The translations under genes were made by a program, and so were the position numbers. Positions 1 through 14,200 of a stretch of DNA of 64,000 nucleotides are shown here, piece by piece. The notes under the pieces were generated by a model. That model saw only the letters and a list, made by a program, of their open reading frames with translations. It was not told the origin of the DNA and did no database searches. This DNA comes from Nageia nagi (taxonomy: Eukaryota; Plantae; Pinophyta). The DNA lies in NCBI GenBank assembly GCA_050084985.1, contig JBITNC010000001.1, positions 6,448,001 through 6,512,000 on the forward strand, given 5' to 3'. Position 1 is the first letter of the stretch; each line of letters opens with the position of its first letter.

Positions 1-2290
1 TTATAATTGTGTTATTGTGTATCTATATGATATTCTTATTTAAAGTAATGATTGAAATCATCATGTGATTCAAATTCATGAAGCGTTTGAAATATTAAGG
101 GAAGCTAAACTCTTTTTGAAAATGCCTAAGTGTGAGTTTATCAAGAAAAGTTTAATTTATTTAGACCACATTATTGATAGAGGCTAAATGAAGATAGATC
201 CTACCAAAATAGAGGCTATTGTGTAATGGCTTAGACCCACTAATGTGATACAAAGAAGGAGTTTTCTTGGGGGTTATGCAATATATTAGCAAGTTTATTG
301 CTAATTTTTCTTTTATGGATTCTTCAATCCATGTTATTACAGTAAAGTATCATGGGTTTTAGTGGGGAGGAAAAACAACATGCTTTTGATTTGTTCAAAA
401 GAAAAATTAGTAATATTCTAGTTCTTGCTTTGTATAATCATCAACAATATTTTTAAATTGAAACTAGTTCAAGTGATTATGCTATGGGTGAAATTTTGTT
501 ACAAGAAAGACATCCAGTTTGTTATCACTCCAAGATGTTCAACAGTGCGGTAAGAAACTATCCCACGTATGATAAAGAGTTATTTGTATTAGTTCAAAGT
601 GTTAAAAAATGGAAACACTATTTGGTGCGTAAAGAGACAATAGTACATATAGAACATCAACCCTTATAGTATCTTCAATCACAATCCAAATTGTAACAAT
701 CAAGACATTTTCATCATATGGATTTTTGCAATAGTTTCATTTGGTGATTAAGTATAAAAAGGGTTCACAAAATAAAAAATTTGATATGTTGTCTAGACCC
801 CATATTACTGTAGTTGGTATAATCTTGAAAAATAGTTTTTTGATGCATGAATATTATAAATAACAATATTTTTTTTATCCTAATTTTCATGATATCTATC
901 ATAGATTGAGTCTAGGTGATGAAAATAGACATATTGACTTTCATATGCATAATGGATTACTTTTTCATTTAGGCAAGCTTTGTATTCCTATTGGTGACAG
1001 GAATGATATTTTTAGGGAAACTCACACTTCTCATATTTTAGGACACTTTGGTATTGGAAAAACTCTTGCTAATTTGCAAAGATATTATTTTTGGCCTAAA
1101 ATGCAAGAAAATGTATCCAGGTATATCATAGGTTGTATGTTATGCAATGTTAACAAACCAAGTAATTAGAAGCTTGATCTCTACATACCATTGTCAGTTC
1201 CTACACGACCATGGGAAAACATTTCATGGATTTTGTTGTAGGTTTTCCTATTTCCAAAAAAGGATATGATTATTTGTATGTTGTTGTGGATCAATTTAGT
1301 AAAATGTGTATTTTAATTCCATGTAAAAAGATTGTGATAGGTCAAGAAGAAGCTAATATTTTCTTTACTTATGTATAAATACATTTTGGTCATCCTAATT
1401 CCATTATTTCTGATAGGGATTTCAAGTTTCTTGGTAAATTTTGGACTTATTATTGGGAAAGGATGGAAACTATATTAAAGAGGAGCATAGCTTTTTAATC
1501 CATAGATAGATGGGTAGACAGAAGTGGTAAATAGGATAGTGGTGCATCTTTTTTGAGGTTAAGCATCCTAAGACTTGGGATAAATATTTGAGTTATATAC
1601 AACATGCATATAATTGGGCTATACACTCTTATACTAATAAATCTCCTTTTGAGACATATTTTGGCTACTTTTCAAAATCACCTTTCGATATGTTTTTTTC
1701 TTCATCTAGTAATGGAGATGTAGTTCTTCATAATGAGGAGGAGCGAGACAATAGTTTCATTGAGATGATAAAGTTGGTTCATAAAAAGGTACAAGAATAG
1801 TTGAAGAAGAGTCAACATAAGTATAAGGAAAGGCATGATCTTCATAGAGTGGATCACAAGTTTCAGGTTGGAGATCAGGTATGGCTTTACCTCAACAAGG
1901 AAAGGCCACATGAAAAAGAGAAAAAAGTTGAAATTGATAAGGTATGGACCATTCACTATTATTGCACAAGTTGGTGAAAATACATTTTAGTTAGACCTAT
2001 CACCCTATATACAAATATATTCCATTATGAATGTTTAGAATTTGAAGTTGTACGAACCAACTTTGGTTGTAAAAGATGCAGGGATTATGTTACCATTAGT
2101 TGATGATTTAGTCCTTAATTACATGAGTGTTTTGCTTAAGGACGTAGTATTGGAAAATAAGATAATATCATCTCATAGTTTTGAACAAGAGGTTGGCATA
2201 TCAATGTGAAGGCCAACACCCCCATAAGGCCAAGTGGTTTGTAGTTGATAAGGTGAGGGAACTCTACCCTCACCTCATCCCATCATCTGA
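1..2290 (+). mobile_element. Degenerate Ty3/gypsy (chromovirus-branch) pol: RT end, RNase H, integrase, chromodomain-like tail; 5' part outside window
   Basis: RNase H 'HPVCYHSK..RNYPTYDKELFVLVQSVKKWKHYL' (484-669); integrase zinc finger 'HTSHILGHFGIGKT..YFWPKM..CMLC' (906-1169); core and GPY/F-like 'RYGPF' (~1940). Many stops and frameshifts. Confidence 0.93.
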
Positions 2291-2330
2291 AATATTTTTG
2301 GGGAAAAAGCTCTCTCTCATTGGGTAGGAA

Positions 2331-3587
2331 TGATATAAAATTTAGATCCTCTCAAATTTTAGTATACTCATGTTTATGGAGTTTTGTTTATCTCTAGATT
2401 CATGACATTTTTTACGGATAAAAAATATGACTCCAAATGTGAGAGATGTGTGTTTTTGAAGTTATAGTATTTTTATTAAAACTAACAAAACAAAAAAGAT
2501 ACAATAAATTTTTTTGAAATATGTAAATCCCAAATGGGTAGCATTGTTAAGAGGGGACCACCTTATGACCACCTATACACCATCCATCACACCATCCAAC
2601 ATGGAACAAATTGAGTTTTTAGGAAATGTGGAGGTATCAAAAGAGGTTGATGTCATGAGATTGGGTGGTATATCAAGTATATCCCACACATTAGTTATAA
2701 CCCACCAAACTATTGATAATTGATTATTGACCTACAACTTATGTAGTCACCTTTTAGATCACATGGAGAGTCTATGCGAAGGCACAATCCATTAAAACCA
2801 CTAACATGGCAGAAGATATCATCAGTTTGAACCACCATTTGACTGCATGTAATACACCTTAAGTCTACCAGTGTAAGGTTTTACCACCTTAAATATGATA
2901 ATCGGATAAACCTATATCACCTACTCTACCACACTTTGCATGCTTCCAAGTGGTAGAAGTCTATTATATTAACCTATTTTTGGAATATTTTGCATGGTTT
3001 ATATAGTTTGGTGTTAAATTTAGTCTCTGTATCAAACTTGTTATTATTTATTATTCTAGAGAGTGTTATTTTTGTATTTGGAAACCAATATTGGGAGATT
3101 GACTTAACTATTTGAGCCAAAATTTGAACCAAAGCTAGATGGAAATATTGGGTTCCTACAAATAGTATTTTTATGGTTACTTATTTGTTGTAAATCACTC
3201 CAATATTGACTTATTTTTCTCTTATAAAAAGAGGCAAGTTGGAAATGTTCAGGAAGGAGGATTGTAGAGAGTTTGGAGAGCATATTTTTTAGTATTACAA
3301 AGGTATGATGTTTATGAAATCATAAGCAGGAGTGATGAAGTGTCATGAAGGCATTCTACATCATTTCACCCACTGATTGAAGAGAGATTTTGTTGTTGGA
3401 TGTAGCCCACATCGGGTGAACCAAGGTAATTATATTATCTTTGTGTGGTGTGATTTCTTATCTGGTTTTGCACATAGTTCTATTTTAATTCTCTAAATAT
3501 TCAATTTGAAAGCACTTAATTTATTTGAGTGTGAAATGATTTAGGGAAGGATTATAATTAATTTTTAATCTTTAAAATTATGGATCA
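2331..3587 (+). repeat. 3' LTR of the gypsy element at 1-2290
   Basis: PPT-like GGGTAGGAA (2322-2330) directly before TGAT at 2331; ends ...TGGATCA at 3587 with an imperfect terminal inverted repeat. No second LTR in the window to confirm. Confidence 0.7.
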
Positions 3588-3995
3588 ATAAAAGGATAAA
3601 AGAGGTGTAGGGATTCCTTTGGAATATTCCATACATAAATAAAACATAACCTCTACACACCTAAGTAAAGGTTACAAAAATTCTAACATCATGCATGGTT
3701 TAAAGGCCATTAAGTGTTTTCAAAAATTGCAATTGACTAGATTTAGACCAAATTCAATAAGCCTTTGCATAGATGAAAAATAATAGTATTGTAATAAAAT
3801 AAAGCACTATTTCTATACAATATACTTATTGAAGTATGTATGAAGATATGCATGCAGTGGCAATATGATCAAACATTCCTCTTCATCAAATCCAAAACCT
3901 CATATTGTAAACATGTTCATCATCCATATCCAACACATCTCAACTCTAGAACCATGATGTGGGTGCCATAAAATGTGATATCAATGTTGTAAAAG

Positions 3996-4988
3996 TGTAA
4001 TTTACACTTCTAGGGTTTATTAAATTTAGCATTTAAATCCACTTTAATTCACAAACTAGTAAATCAATTAAATTGCTCATAAACCACATAAATCATATGC
4101 TTAAATTGGAATATAATAATAGTAAATAAATTTGATATAAAATGATCATAGCATTTTGAATTAAACCAAAATTAGGGTACAAATTAGATCTATAATATAA
4201 CAAAAATATACCTCTAAGAATACTCAACTTGTATGTATTCCCATGTGCAATGAAGATAGAGGCATAGTAGAAATATGTAGCAATATTTATTCATATTTGA
4301 GAGAAATATAAGAGCCAAATATCAATAGTGATGACCAAGAATAAGTATAGGGATATTACAAGCCTATTACAAGTTCTTAGGGCAAGCCTTAGACTTCAAA
4401 GATGAAAAATATGAACTCCAAGATGATGAGAAAGAGGCCCAAGTGCTCCAAAGTGATGTGCTAGGGTTTCTAATGATCCACAAGGGTGGCATAAGTCTCC
4501 AAATGGCTAGTGTAAGCTCTCAAAGGGAAAGACTAGAAAATGCAAGTTGTAGAAGTGTAGTTAAATGAATTCTAGGCTAGGGACTGGCTCTAAGTTGTAT
4601 AAGGTAGAGCATAGAATCATCTCTAATATTTGAATGATACAAGATAAAATACATAAGATGATACCTTTGAATGATCAAATTCCTTACCTTTATATTATTC
4701 CAAACTTGCCAAAATATCTCCCAAAGCTAGCTGACTTTCCTAGGAGCAATAATAGATTATTTAATGATTATTTATTCCCTTCCTCACAACCAAACTAGTG
4801 AGGGAATATTTATCACATTAAATAGTCCTTTTTATTTATTAAATAAATTCTTAAAATGCCCTTTATTTAGGTGCATTCCCCTTAGGAAAAAGTATGAATA
4901 AAATAATACTCCTAGTGTAAGTGCTAAATATCACAATGAATAGGTAAGAGGGGTAGATATTTAGATGTCCCAAATTGGGGACATTACA
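3996..4988 (-). repeat. 3' LTR of element 3996-10061
   Basis: Aligns along its length with 9056-10061; followed on the plus strand by the PPT complement TTCCACCCTCC. Confidence 0.93.
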
Positions 4989-6431
4989 ATTCCACCCTCC
5001 TAAAATTGCTTTCCCTCAAGAAATTCTAAGTGTATCTCAAAATGATGCTTATCTTCTTATTTTATCTTCAAAGGTACCAAGCAATGCTTGACTACATAGG
5101 GTTCCCACCAATGCATCAATGATCTGTAGAAATAATCTTTAAAGTAGTCCCTTGATGATTCAAAATGGTGCAATCATGGAGGAGGCCATCACAAGGTGTA
5201 TAAATAATAAATATGGTTGATGATGCATACCAATTAGATCTCCAATCTTGTATCATGATGCAAAACTAATTTCAATGTTTTGTTGTCCCAAGAATATGAA
5301 AAAACATAGTTGATAAGTGATTCAAATGCTTGCCAAGTATTTCTTCTTCATAGAATCTATTAATCACATCTCTTGAGCCAATGGGTCAATAGTCCACAAA
5401 CTCTGTTTCTCTCATCATAGTAATCAATCCAATCTTCCAAATTTAATTATTCTTGTTTGTGCTAAAATCATGTAAGAATAGTTGAAATATTGAGTTTTGC
5501 TTGGTAACATCAAGATTCATACATGTTGTTGTATGAATCATCATAAGAGGTTTTCTTCCTTGTTATTGTCTTCTTTTGGGCTGAAATGGCATGTTTGGCT
5601 ACCCCAAACTCAAGTGTGTACTCATCACAAATGTGTCTTTTATCTTTTCAATCAAAGATAGAGACATGAAAGAAATATATGGTGGTCATAAAGATGAAGG
5701 GGTTTATTCCCTCTTCTTAAAATCATCAAACCTTGTTGTTACAAATTCAAGAATACATTAGCCTTCATTGTATCCTTTGTATACATGTGTATTACTTCTA
5801 CAATAGCATCCAAGAATCCAACATTGTCATAAAAATTAGAGATGGTATTTTGGCTAATGTCACTTTTCAATATGTGTTATTTACCTTCTACAAAGATGTC
5901 ATGAAAATTAGAGATAACATGTTGGTTGTTCTTTATCATTTAGATGGTTTTGGACCCTCTTTTAGGATGTAATAACTATTGTAACTCATTGGCATATTAT
6001 TGTCCCTTCTCGTGGTAGTTTGAAGCAGTCTTATGGTCACACATGTTTTCTCTATACATCCCAAATTGAGTATGTATTCAAGGGATGTGAATTTGTTCAA
6101 TGAAATATCATAAAAATTAGTTGAGTTGTCCTCCCACATGGTGTAATAATTTGGATTATTATTTGATACCAAATGCTACCCATAAAGTCTATCAAAGTTT
6201 ATATCATTATTGTTTAAATCAATATGGTGCCCTCCCATGAAGTGAAGATGTAAGGACTGATTTTTGGTAATAAAGGTTATCATGTAATGGTATCATAAGT
6301 TATGTTTCTAATGTTGCCTTCATCACAAGGAATATACCTTGTGTTTATTACCAAGTGTAAGTGCTAACTCAATTGGTGTAGTTATACCTTTATCTCTTTC
6401 TCCTTTAATATTGATTTTACCCTTGTTATGC

Positions 6432-6910
6432 TTACTTGGAGAAGTAACATGGCTTACGGGAAAGCTCTCTTGGAAAATCTTTATATGTACTTTCCAAACT
6501 ATTGAAAGTTATCAATGAATGTGTAGTATGGATGCCTCTTAATGTAATGCTTAACCCTTGTTCAAATAAGCTCATTTTCAGCCTTCGATAATTGAAGGTG
6601 ACATATCCTAATTTATATAACCATTGAACTCCCAAGACAATATGAGGTGAGCAACCGATGGGATAGATATAGAAGTCTTCTATAAGGGTGTGGTTTCCAA
6701 TAGTCAACTCAAGATCCCTAATCATCCATTTGCATATGGTTTGGTATCCTCTAGCATTGGTGACTCCAAACTCTTGGGTTTTAATTCTCTCTAAGCTTGT
6801 GTTAAGGAAAAATGCTTCATTAATGAAGTTATTGATGGCTCCATTGTCTACTAGGGTGAGAATGAATTCTCCAATAAGGTGTACCTATAATTTGAGAGTG
6901 GTGTATTTGA
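6432..6910 (-). pseudogene. Retroviral-type aspartic protease, copy 2
   Basis: 'ILTLVDNGAINNFI' (~6820-6865) in frame with ORF 6432-6725 'IVLGVQWLYKLGYVTFNY...ITLRGI'. Confidence 0.8.
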
Positions 6911-7299
6911 ATGGTTCTACCAAAGGATTGATGAATCCTCAAAGGTCTCTTTTTCTTTTCTTGGTGGTTGAATGAGGGATATTTCTTGAGGATAATCATT
7001 TTCCATACATGTAGGGTCTAGTGGATACCCTAAGCTTTTTAGAGGATGTTTATTGGGGTTTACAAAATTCTATACAAGCTAAGGGATTGATTCTATTTTT
7101 AAAACTGGAAAAATGTGAAGAGGAACTAAAAGTAAATGGAGTTTCATGTGTACCTTATTCTTGGATTCTTCTTGGTGCTAAGGTCAATCTTGGCATAATT
7201 GGTCTCCTCCTCTTATCTCATGATCCCATGCTTGAGGGGATATCTTAATTTGTACTTGATGAGGTTTCCACCAATATTTTAATGGAAGCATTTTGGTTC

Positions 7300-7690
7300 T
7301 TTTCCTACTTGATGCCTTGAAGTATGATTTTACAACCTCCACTCTTGAACTTGAATTGCAAAGTTACATGGTTGGTGGTATAGTCTCCCAAGGATACTAG
7401 CCATTATACCCCCAAGAAAACATAAGGTGAATCTTCCAAATGGAAGATGAAGAATTCATAATCAATATTGTAGTCCTTCAAACTAACCTTCATCTTGGGC
7501 ATATACGTTTTGCAAGGTGTAATGCTACCATTCCCAACTATCACATCAAAACCTAGATATGGTTCAATATTCATCTTCTTAGCGATGGCTAGCTTATCAT
7601 TGAAAACATTTTAAGTAGTACCTCCATATATCAAAGCTAAAACCTTTTCTTCCAAAACTTCTTTGAGGACCTTGATAGTGAAGTATTGGT
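7300..7690 (-). pseudogene. Retroviral-type aspartic protease, copy 1 (degenerate)
   Basis: Manual translation 'VLALIYGGTT*NVF...VIVGNG...YVFLGV*WLVSLGD...GCKIILQGIK'. Confidence 0.75.
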
Positions 7691-7859
7691 TCATACCACT
7701 CAATGTAGCTAGTGTCCCTCCTCTTGGAGTTTTTGGTGGGGTAGACCTAGGATTGGGTCCTTGCATATTCGTGGTTATATATGATGATTCATCTTCATCA
7801 TACTCATTAGTATCATATTATTCATTGAATGAATCTCCTTATAAAAAAACCTCAATGTA

Positions 7860-9024
7860 GTGTATTTCCACTTTGCCAAGGCAACAATGACCTGGTGTCC
7901 AATTTTTCTTGAAAATAAAACATAGATTCTTCATTCATAGCTCATTTATTTCATTTCTTTCATCATTGGTTCTTCTTATGTATGTGGTGGGAGGAGCTAA
8001 AATGGCCTTTTCACTTGATGAATATCTCATGAGTGGTGATGTATCCTTATTATATGGAACTCCAATGTTAGCTCTATGTAATGGTGTCACTTGCTTGGTC
8101 CTTGAAAGTATAGAATATTCAAGAGTAAGAGCCCTCTTGATTGCATATTATAGAGCAGGTGGGTAAACACCTCTTACCAAGCCCTTCAATGGATCCTTAA
8201 GTCCTTCCATAAAGACTAAATTTATCCTTCTATCTCATTCATTTGAAACCATGACTAAAATTCTTTGAAACTCTTCAACATAATTATGCCATGGAAGTAC
8301 CTTTGTGAAGTGTAACCATTTCTCTAAAATATTCTTCATCATCTTCCTCTTAAATCTATCAAGAACTCTTTGGAAAAACTCTTCAAAGATGATAACATTG
8401 TTATGCCCTAATGTGATGAACCCATTATGCCACCACTCATATGCTATGCCATCAAGGTGAAGGGAGGCAAATGTGATTGCATCCTTCTCTCTCATAGAGG
8501 AAAGAGTGAAGTATGTTTGAAGCTTTTGTAACCAAACCCTAGGTGTAGAGGTGTTACCATAAAATATTGGTACTTGCATCTTTTGTATATGCTTCTTGTT
8601 ATGATAATCATTTCCTTTTCCTATTTTCTTCCCATAATATTAAGAAAACTCTCAAATGTAATTGTTTGCTTGAATTAGACACTCTTACCTAGAAATTGAG
8701 TGAAGCAGGTGTTAAGACCTTCATTAGGGTTTTCTAATTCTTGCAAGAACATGGGAATGGATGAATTTGGTAGAGGTGGATGAGTAGGATGGACTAAATC
8801 TTCACTTTTTTGGCTCGATGTGGCTTCCCTATATGGACTTATTGATCCCTCTTGTGCTTGTGGCAAGAGCATCCACCTTCTTCATAAGTTGCAAATTGTT
8901 GTGCCAAATCAACCTCCTCTGGTCTCTCCATTTTGGATTCACTTTCACTTCCACTCTCAATATCCAAAGGATTATTATTCCTTCTTGTGTAATATTTATG
9001 CTTTGACATGTAGGAAGTCCTCAT
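7860..9024 (-). pseudogene. Retrotransposon gag (degenerate) with C-terminal zinc knuckle
   Basis: ORF 8235-8579 'WLQKLQTYF..ITFASLHLDGIAYEWW' is retrotrans_gag-like; decayed CCHC 'LCFIFKKNWTPGHCC' at ~7880-7930. Confidence 0.85.
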
Positions 9025-9055
9025 AGGCTAGTAGGATTTTGAGCTCTAATACTAT

Positions 9056-10061
9056 TGTAATGTACCCTTCTAGGGTTTATCAAATTTAGCATTTAATTCC
9101 ACTTTAATTAATGAACTAGGGAATCAATTAACTTTCTTATAAACCATCCAAATCATGTGATAAAACTAGAATATAACAATAGTAACTAAATTTGATATAA
9201 AACACTCATAACTTATTGAATTCAACCAAAAATAGGGCATAAATCAAATATATAACATAACATAAATATAACTCCAAGAATACTCAAATCGCATATATTC
9301 CCATGTTCAATGAAGATAGAAGCATAGCAAAAATATGTAGCAATATTCATTCATATTTAAGAGCAATATAAGTGCCAAATATTAAGAGTAATAACCAAGA
9401 ATAAGCATAGGGTTGTTACAAGCCTGTTACAAGTTCTTAGGGAAAGCCCTAAACTTCAAAGATTCCAAATATGGACCAAGATGATGCACAAAGAGCCCAA
9501 GTGCTCCAAAGTAATGTGCTAGGGTTTCCAAGGCTCCACAAGGGTGGTGCAAGTCTCCAAGAGTCTCCAAATGGTTGGTACAAGTTCTGAAAGTGCAAGA
9601 CTTATGAATGCAAGTAGTAGATGTGTAGTTAAGCCACTTTAAGATAGGGTGTAGCCTTAAGTACTAAAAGGTAGAGAAGGGAAGCATATCTAAGCTCTAA
9701 ATGATCCAAGATTGAATGCACAAGATGATTCCTTTTAATGATCAAATTTTTTCTATTATAGTATTCCAAACATGCCAAAAGCTCCCCAAAGCTAGCTGAC
9801 TTTCCTAGGAGCAATAATAAATTATTTAATGAGCATTTAGCCCCTTCCTCATGTTCAACCTAGTGAGGGGATATTTATCACATTAAATAGTCATTTTTCC
9901 TTATTAAAAAAACTCCTAACATGTCCTTTATTTGGGTGCATTCCCCTTAGGCAAAATTATGAATAAAAAGTAAATAAAATGCTCCTAGTCTAAGTGCTAA
10001 TGATCACAATAAATAGGTAAGAGGGCTAGATGTTTAGATATCCCAAATTGGGGATATTACA
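9056..10061 (-). repeat. 5' LTR of element 3996-10061
   Basis: Direct repeat of 3996-4988; adjacent gctctaatacta is a decayed complement of TGGTATCAGAGC. Confidence 0.93.
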
Positions 10062-10457
10062 AAAGATACAAGATTTGATATATAAATTAAATAATGTGAG
10101 TCATAACTAATAGTGGATAAAAAATTCTAAGATAGGTGGTGTTAAAAAATACCATTATTTTTCAGATGATGTGATGCTCATATGTTGATTTATATGATAT
10201 TGTATTATCTGATAGTTAATCCTTTAATTCTAATCTTATATAGCAACATCTTGATCCTTTTTCTTTCTTATAATATTCATGTATTACATAGCTTTTGGTG
10301 CCTTTCTTAATATTTTACACCACTTACATCATTTGTTGGTCCTTTTACATTAATTACATTGCATAGGCTGTATTTTAATCCTTTTTTACAATAATATCCA
10401 TTGATGCCATAAAAATGAATTATTTAATAAATAGGAATTCATTTTTAGGCATCTATA
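10062..10457 (-). repeat. Part of the 3' LTR of Tat element A; probably continues at 3588-3995 on the far side of the 3996-10061 insertion
   Basis: Minus-strand PPT AAAGTGGGGAAAAA followed by TATAGATGCC (decayed TGTAG) at 10457. Continuity with 3588-3995 is inferred from the AAAG target-site duplication. Confidence 0.55.
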
Positions 10458-10921
10458 TTTTTCCCCACTTTGGAAGTGTGATGGGAAGAAATGGAATTAC
10501 ATGTTAAAAGAATAAGAGATAGAAAATCTTTAAAAACTTTGAACTCTTGTACAATATATTGAACATCTAGTGAAGCTCCTTCATTGCCTCATTTTACCTT
10601 GGTTTTCCTAGGAAAGCTCTATGGATAGGGTAACTAAGTCAGAATATTCTAACAATGAACATCCATACCCCATGTGATGTGAAAGAATGAATGTTGTGGA
10701 TCCTTTATGTATGACACTAGGGAGTCCGATATTCTAGAATTCAGATAGTGATGCAAAGAAATTTTGGAGGTTCTAGTGGTTTTTCTAGGGAACAATCAAC
10801 GACACCAATGCCTTGGTTGCAGTGCTTTTTACCCCATGGATGGTATGATTTACATAGTATTCTATGTTGATTTTCATTTTTATACACCTGCAAAAGATGT
10901 TAGATACCCTGTAACATTTGG

Positions 10922-11278
10922 ATACACAATGAGATGCATCATCCATTGAGTATGAATCAATGTCTACATTCCCACAAGCAGTTTTATCATCAGTTTTCTT
11001 TTAAGTAAACTCTTACTAGCCATATCATTAGCCATCAATGACCTAGAATTTTATGTCCATTATTCACAAACATTATGTTTTTATGGTTGTGAGCATATAT
11101 ATTTGTATATACAATAAGATGCATCATCCATTGAGTATGTTTCAATGTCAATATTCTCATTAATAGTTGTATCACTATTTTTTTCAGTGAACTCTCACTA
11201 GTCTTATCATTAGCCATCGAAAACCTAAAGTTTTATGTCCATGTCCTGCAGACATTATGCTTTTATGGTTGTAAGTAA
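10922..11278. repeat. Tandem duplication, ~185-bp unit x2, in the 3' untranslated region of Tat element A
   Basis: gatgcatcatccattgagtatg at 10933 and 11118; downstream sequence also aligns. Confidence 0.9.
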
Positions 11279-14200
11279 CCATTTTTTTAGTATTCATGGA
11301 CACCACAGATATAGAGGGATGACATCAACATTGTGTTATAAGCAAAGAAAAATACAAGGTAATGTGTGTGTATATATATATATGCATCATGATATGCGAG
11401 GTATGGAGTTGCTACTTCATATGTAAAAGTCTTTGAAGTGCATGGTATTGAAGGTTTTTTATTCTTCTTTTCCATCTATTTAAGATATTCTATATGCTCC
11501 TAATAATATATCCTTAACTAAAACATACAATACTACCCAATTTGGCTCAAATTCTCCTTTTACTTCATCATTTGCATATGTCTTATTGATGTTCTCCTTT
11601 AGGACCAAGTCTCCTACTTGGAATGTTTTTAGCTTGATCTTTTTCTCAAATGCTCTTTTTTATTTTGAATGGCATGCTTTTTTATATTCAATGGTGTGTA
11701 TCCTTTTTTCATCAAGTGATTCCAATTGCTGTAATCTAGCCTTCCTTGCTTCTTCATCTAGTATATCTCCTTAAAGTGATATTTTCAAAGATGTTATCTC
11801 TAACTCAAGTTGTAAAACAACCTCATCAGCATAAACTAATGAAAATGGAGTTTCCCTAATAGCAATTCTAACACTTGTTCTATATGCACAAAGTGCATAT
11901 GGTAATTTCTCATACTAAACTCTTCTGTATATATCCTATGTTTTTGATAAAATGCTTTTAATTATCTTATTTGATGCTTCAATTTGACCATTTTCTTGAG
12001 GATAATAAATAGAAGAGAAATTTTGAGTAATATGAAACTTCTTGCAAAAGGATTTCATGTCCTTATCTTTAAAATTAAGCCTATTATCCATGATTAACTA
12101 TTGTGAAATACCAAACCTTGTGATGATGTTTTCAACCAGGAACTTGATAATCTTTTCTTGCATTACTAACTTCATCGATGCATCCTTTACTCATTTTGTA
12201 GTATATTTTTTATCTATAATAATAAAATTATATCCCTCTATTGAATGAGGATTTATTAATCCAATTAAATCGATGCCCCAAATTACAAAAGGGTATGGTG
12301 AAACAACTAGATTGAGATCTTGTGTTGGCATATTCTCTAAATTGGAATGCTTTTGACATTAAAGGAAAATTTACATGAATCTTGCAATCTTCTTCCATGG
12401 ATGTCCAATAATATCCCATACACAAAAGCTTATTATACAATGCTTTTAAAAAGAAATGCCCCCCACATGGACCTTCATGTGTTTGTTCAAGTGTTGTTGT
12501 AGTTTTATGGTGTGTAAGGCACCTAAAAAGTGCTCCATCAAATGATCTTCTATACAAAACTTCATCAATAAGGACATACTTAAGGTTTATCCTCTTACCT
12601 TCTTATTTATATCAAAATTTTATGGAATTATTTGATATTTCAAGTAATTATCAATAACAACATACCAGGATGGAGAAGTTCATGCTTCAGTAATATATTA
12701 TGATTCTTGATCACTATCATTATCAACATAAGATGGCATACCTAGTTTCTTGATCTTAAGGATTGTTTCTTCATATTCTATCTCAATAGAATCCAAAGAA
12801 GTAGCACTTTCCATTGCATCACCATATATGTTATTTATTCATGGTATATTTTCAATAGTATAAATATCAAACTGATGAAGGAGATCAATAACCACCAACT
12901 TGTATGGATGTAATTTCTTATATTTTGTATTATATATATCATTAACTTGGTTAATGATAATTTGTGAATCACCATATATATGCAATTTTTTTTTTTAGAA
13001 GAATAACAAATACAAAGCACATAAATTCATCTAGTATCTCCCAATTGTCTCTATAATGATGTGGGCACTCTCCTCCATGGTGTTCGCATTGTAGCAATGG
13101 ATCATGCTATTCATAATTGTTTGGGAATGCTTCGTGTATAACTTTGTCATTCTGGGGCAACTTTGCAATGATATCTACAATTGCTTGTCCTTTCATAAGG
13201 TTTTGCTTTACCACATTTATGTTAAATTATTATAACAACATTAACCATTTAGCTACTCTTCCTAAGAGGTGTTGATTAGATATGAGGTATTTAAGTGGAT
13301 TTATAGGACTAACAACATATGTAGTGCAATACAAAAGATAATACCTCAAATTTTCAATAGAAAATACAATACCAAAGAAACATTTTTCCATGGACTATAC
13401 CTTATCTCATATTCTAGTAGAGTCTTATTGAGGTAGTAGATGGCTCTTTCTTTCTTCTCATCATCTTGTTGACCAAACATTTCCCTTAAGGCATACAATC
13501 TGGCTGATATATATAGATATTCTTCTTTTCTAAAATCCATGGGAACCAAGATGGGAGGAGTGAGTAGGTATTGCTTGATATCTTCAACTGCTTTTCGACA
13601 CTTTGCATCCCATATAAAATTGACATATTTTTTCAACAAATAAGTGAATGGAATATATTTATCACCAAGTTAAGAAATAAACCTTCTTAATAAATTTATC
13701 TTACCTTGCAAACTTCATAACTATTTGGGATTCTTGGGAGGTGTCACAGTAACAATGGCTTTCACCTTTTTGGGGTCCACTTCAATGCCCCTTTTAGAAA
13801 CCATGAAGCCTAGCAATTTTCTTAAAGTAACATCAAAAGCAATTTTTTTAGGTTTCAATCTAAGCTTATAATTTTTGATAATGTCAAACATCTCACTAAA
13901 AGTTACAAATGATCCTACCCCTACTATTTTACCAAGATATCATCAACATATACCTCAACTGATTTTTGAATAAGCTCATGGAACATAGTAACCATTGCAC
14001 ATTGATAATTTGATCTTGTATTTTTTAGTCCAAAAGGCATAACTTTCTAATAAAAATTACACGATGGTATAGTGAAATATATATTATTTTGATCAACTAG
14101 ATTGATTAGAATCTAATTATATCTTGAGAATCCATCCATAAAAGAAAAATTATCATGACCAGCAATATTGTCCACAATCATGTCAATGTTTGATGATAGA

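Larger units (their letters stand above)
3996..10061 (-). mobile_element. Complete non-autonomous gypsy-derived LTR element (Gag + two proteases, no RT/RH/INT core)
   Basis: Two homologous ~1 kb LTRs (3996-4988, 9056-10061), both TGTAA...TTACA; AAAG on both flanks (3992-3995, 10062-10065); PPT GGAGGGTGGAA next to 4988; decayed tRNA-Met PBS at ~9043-9055. Confidence 0.92.
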
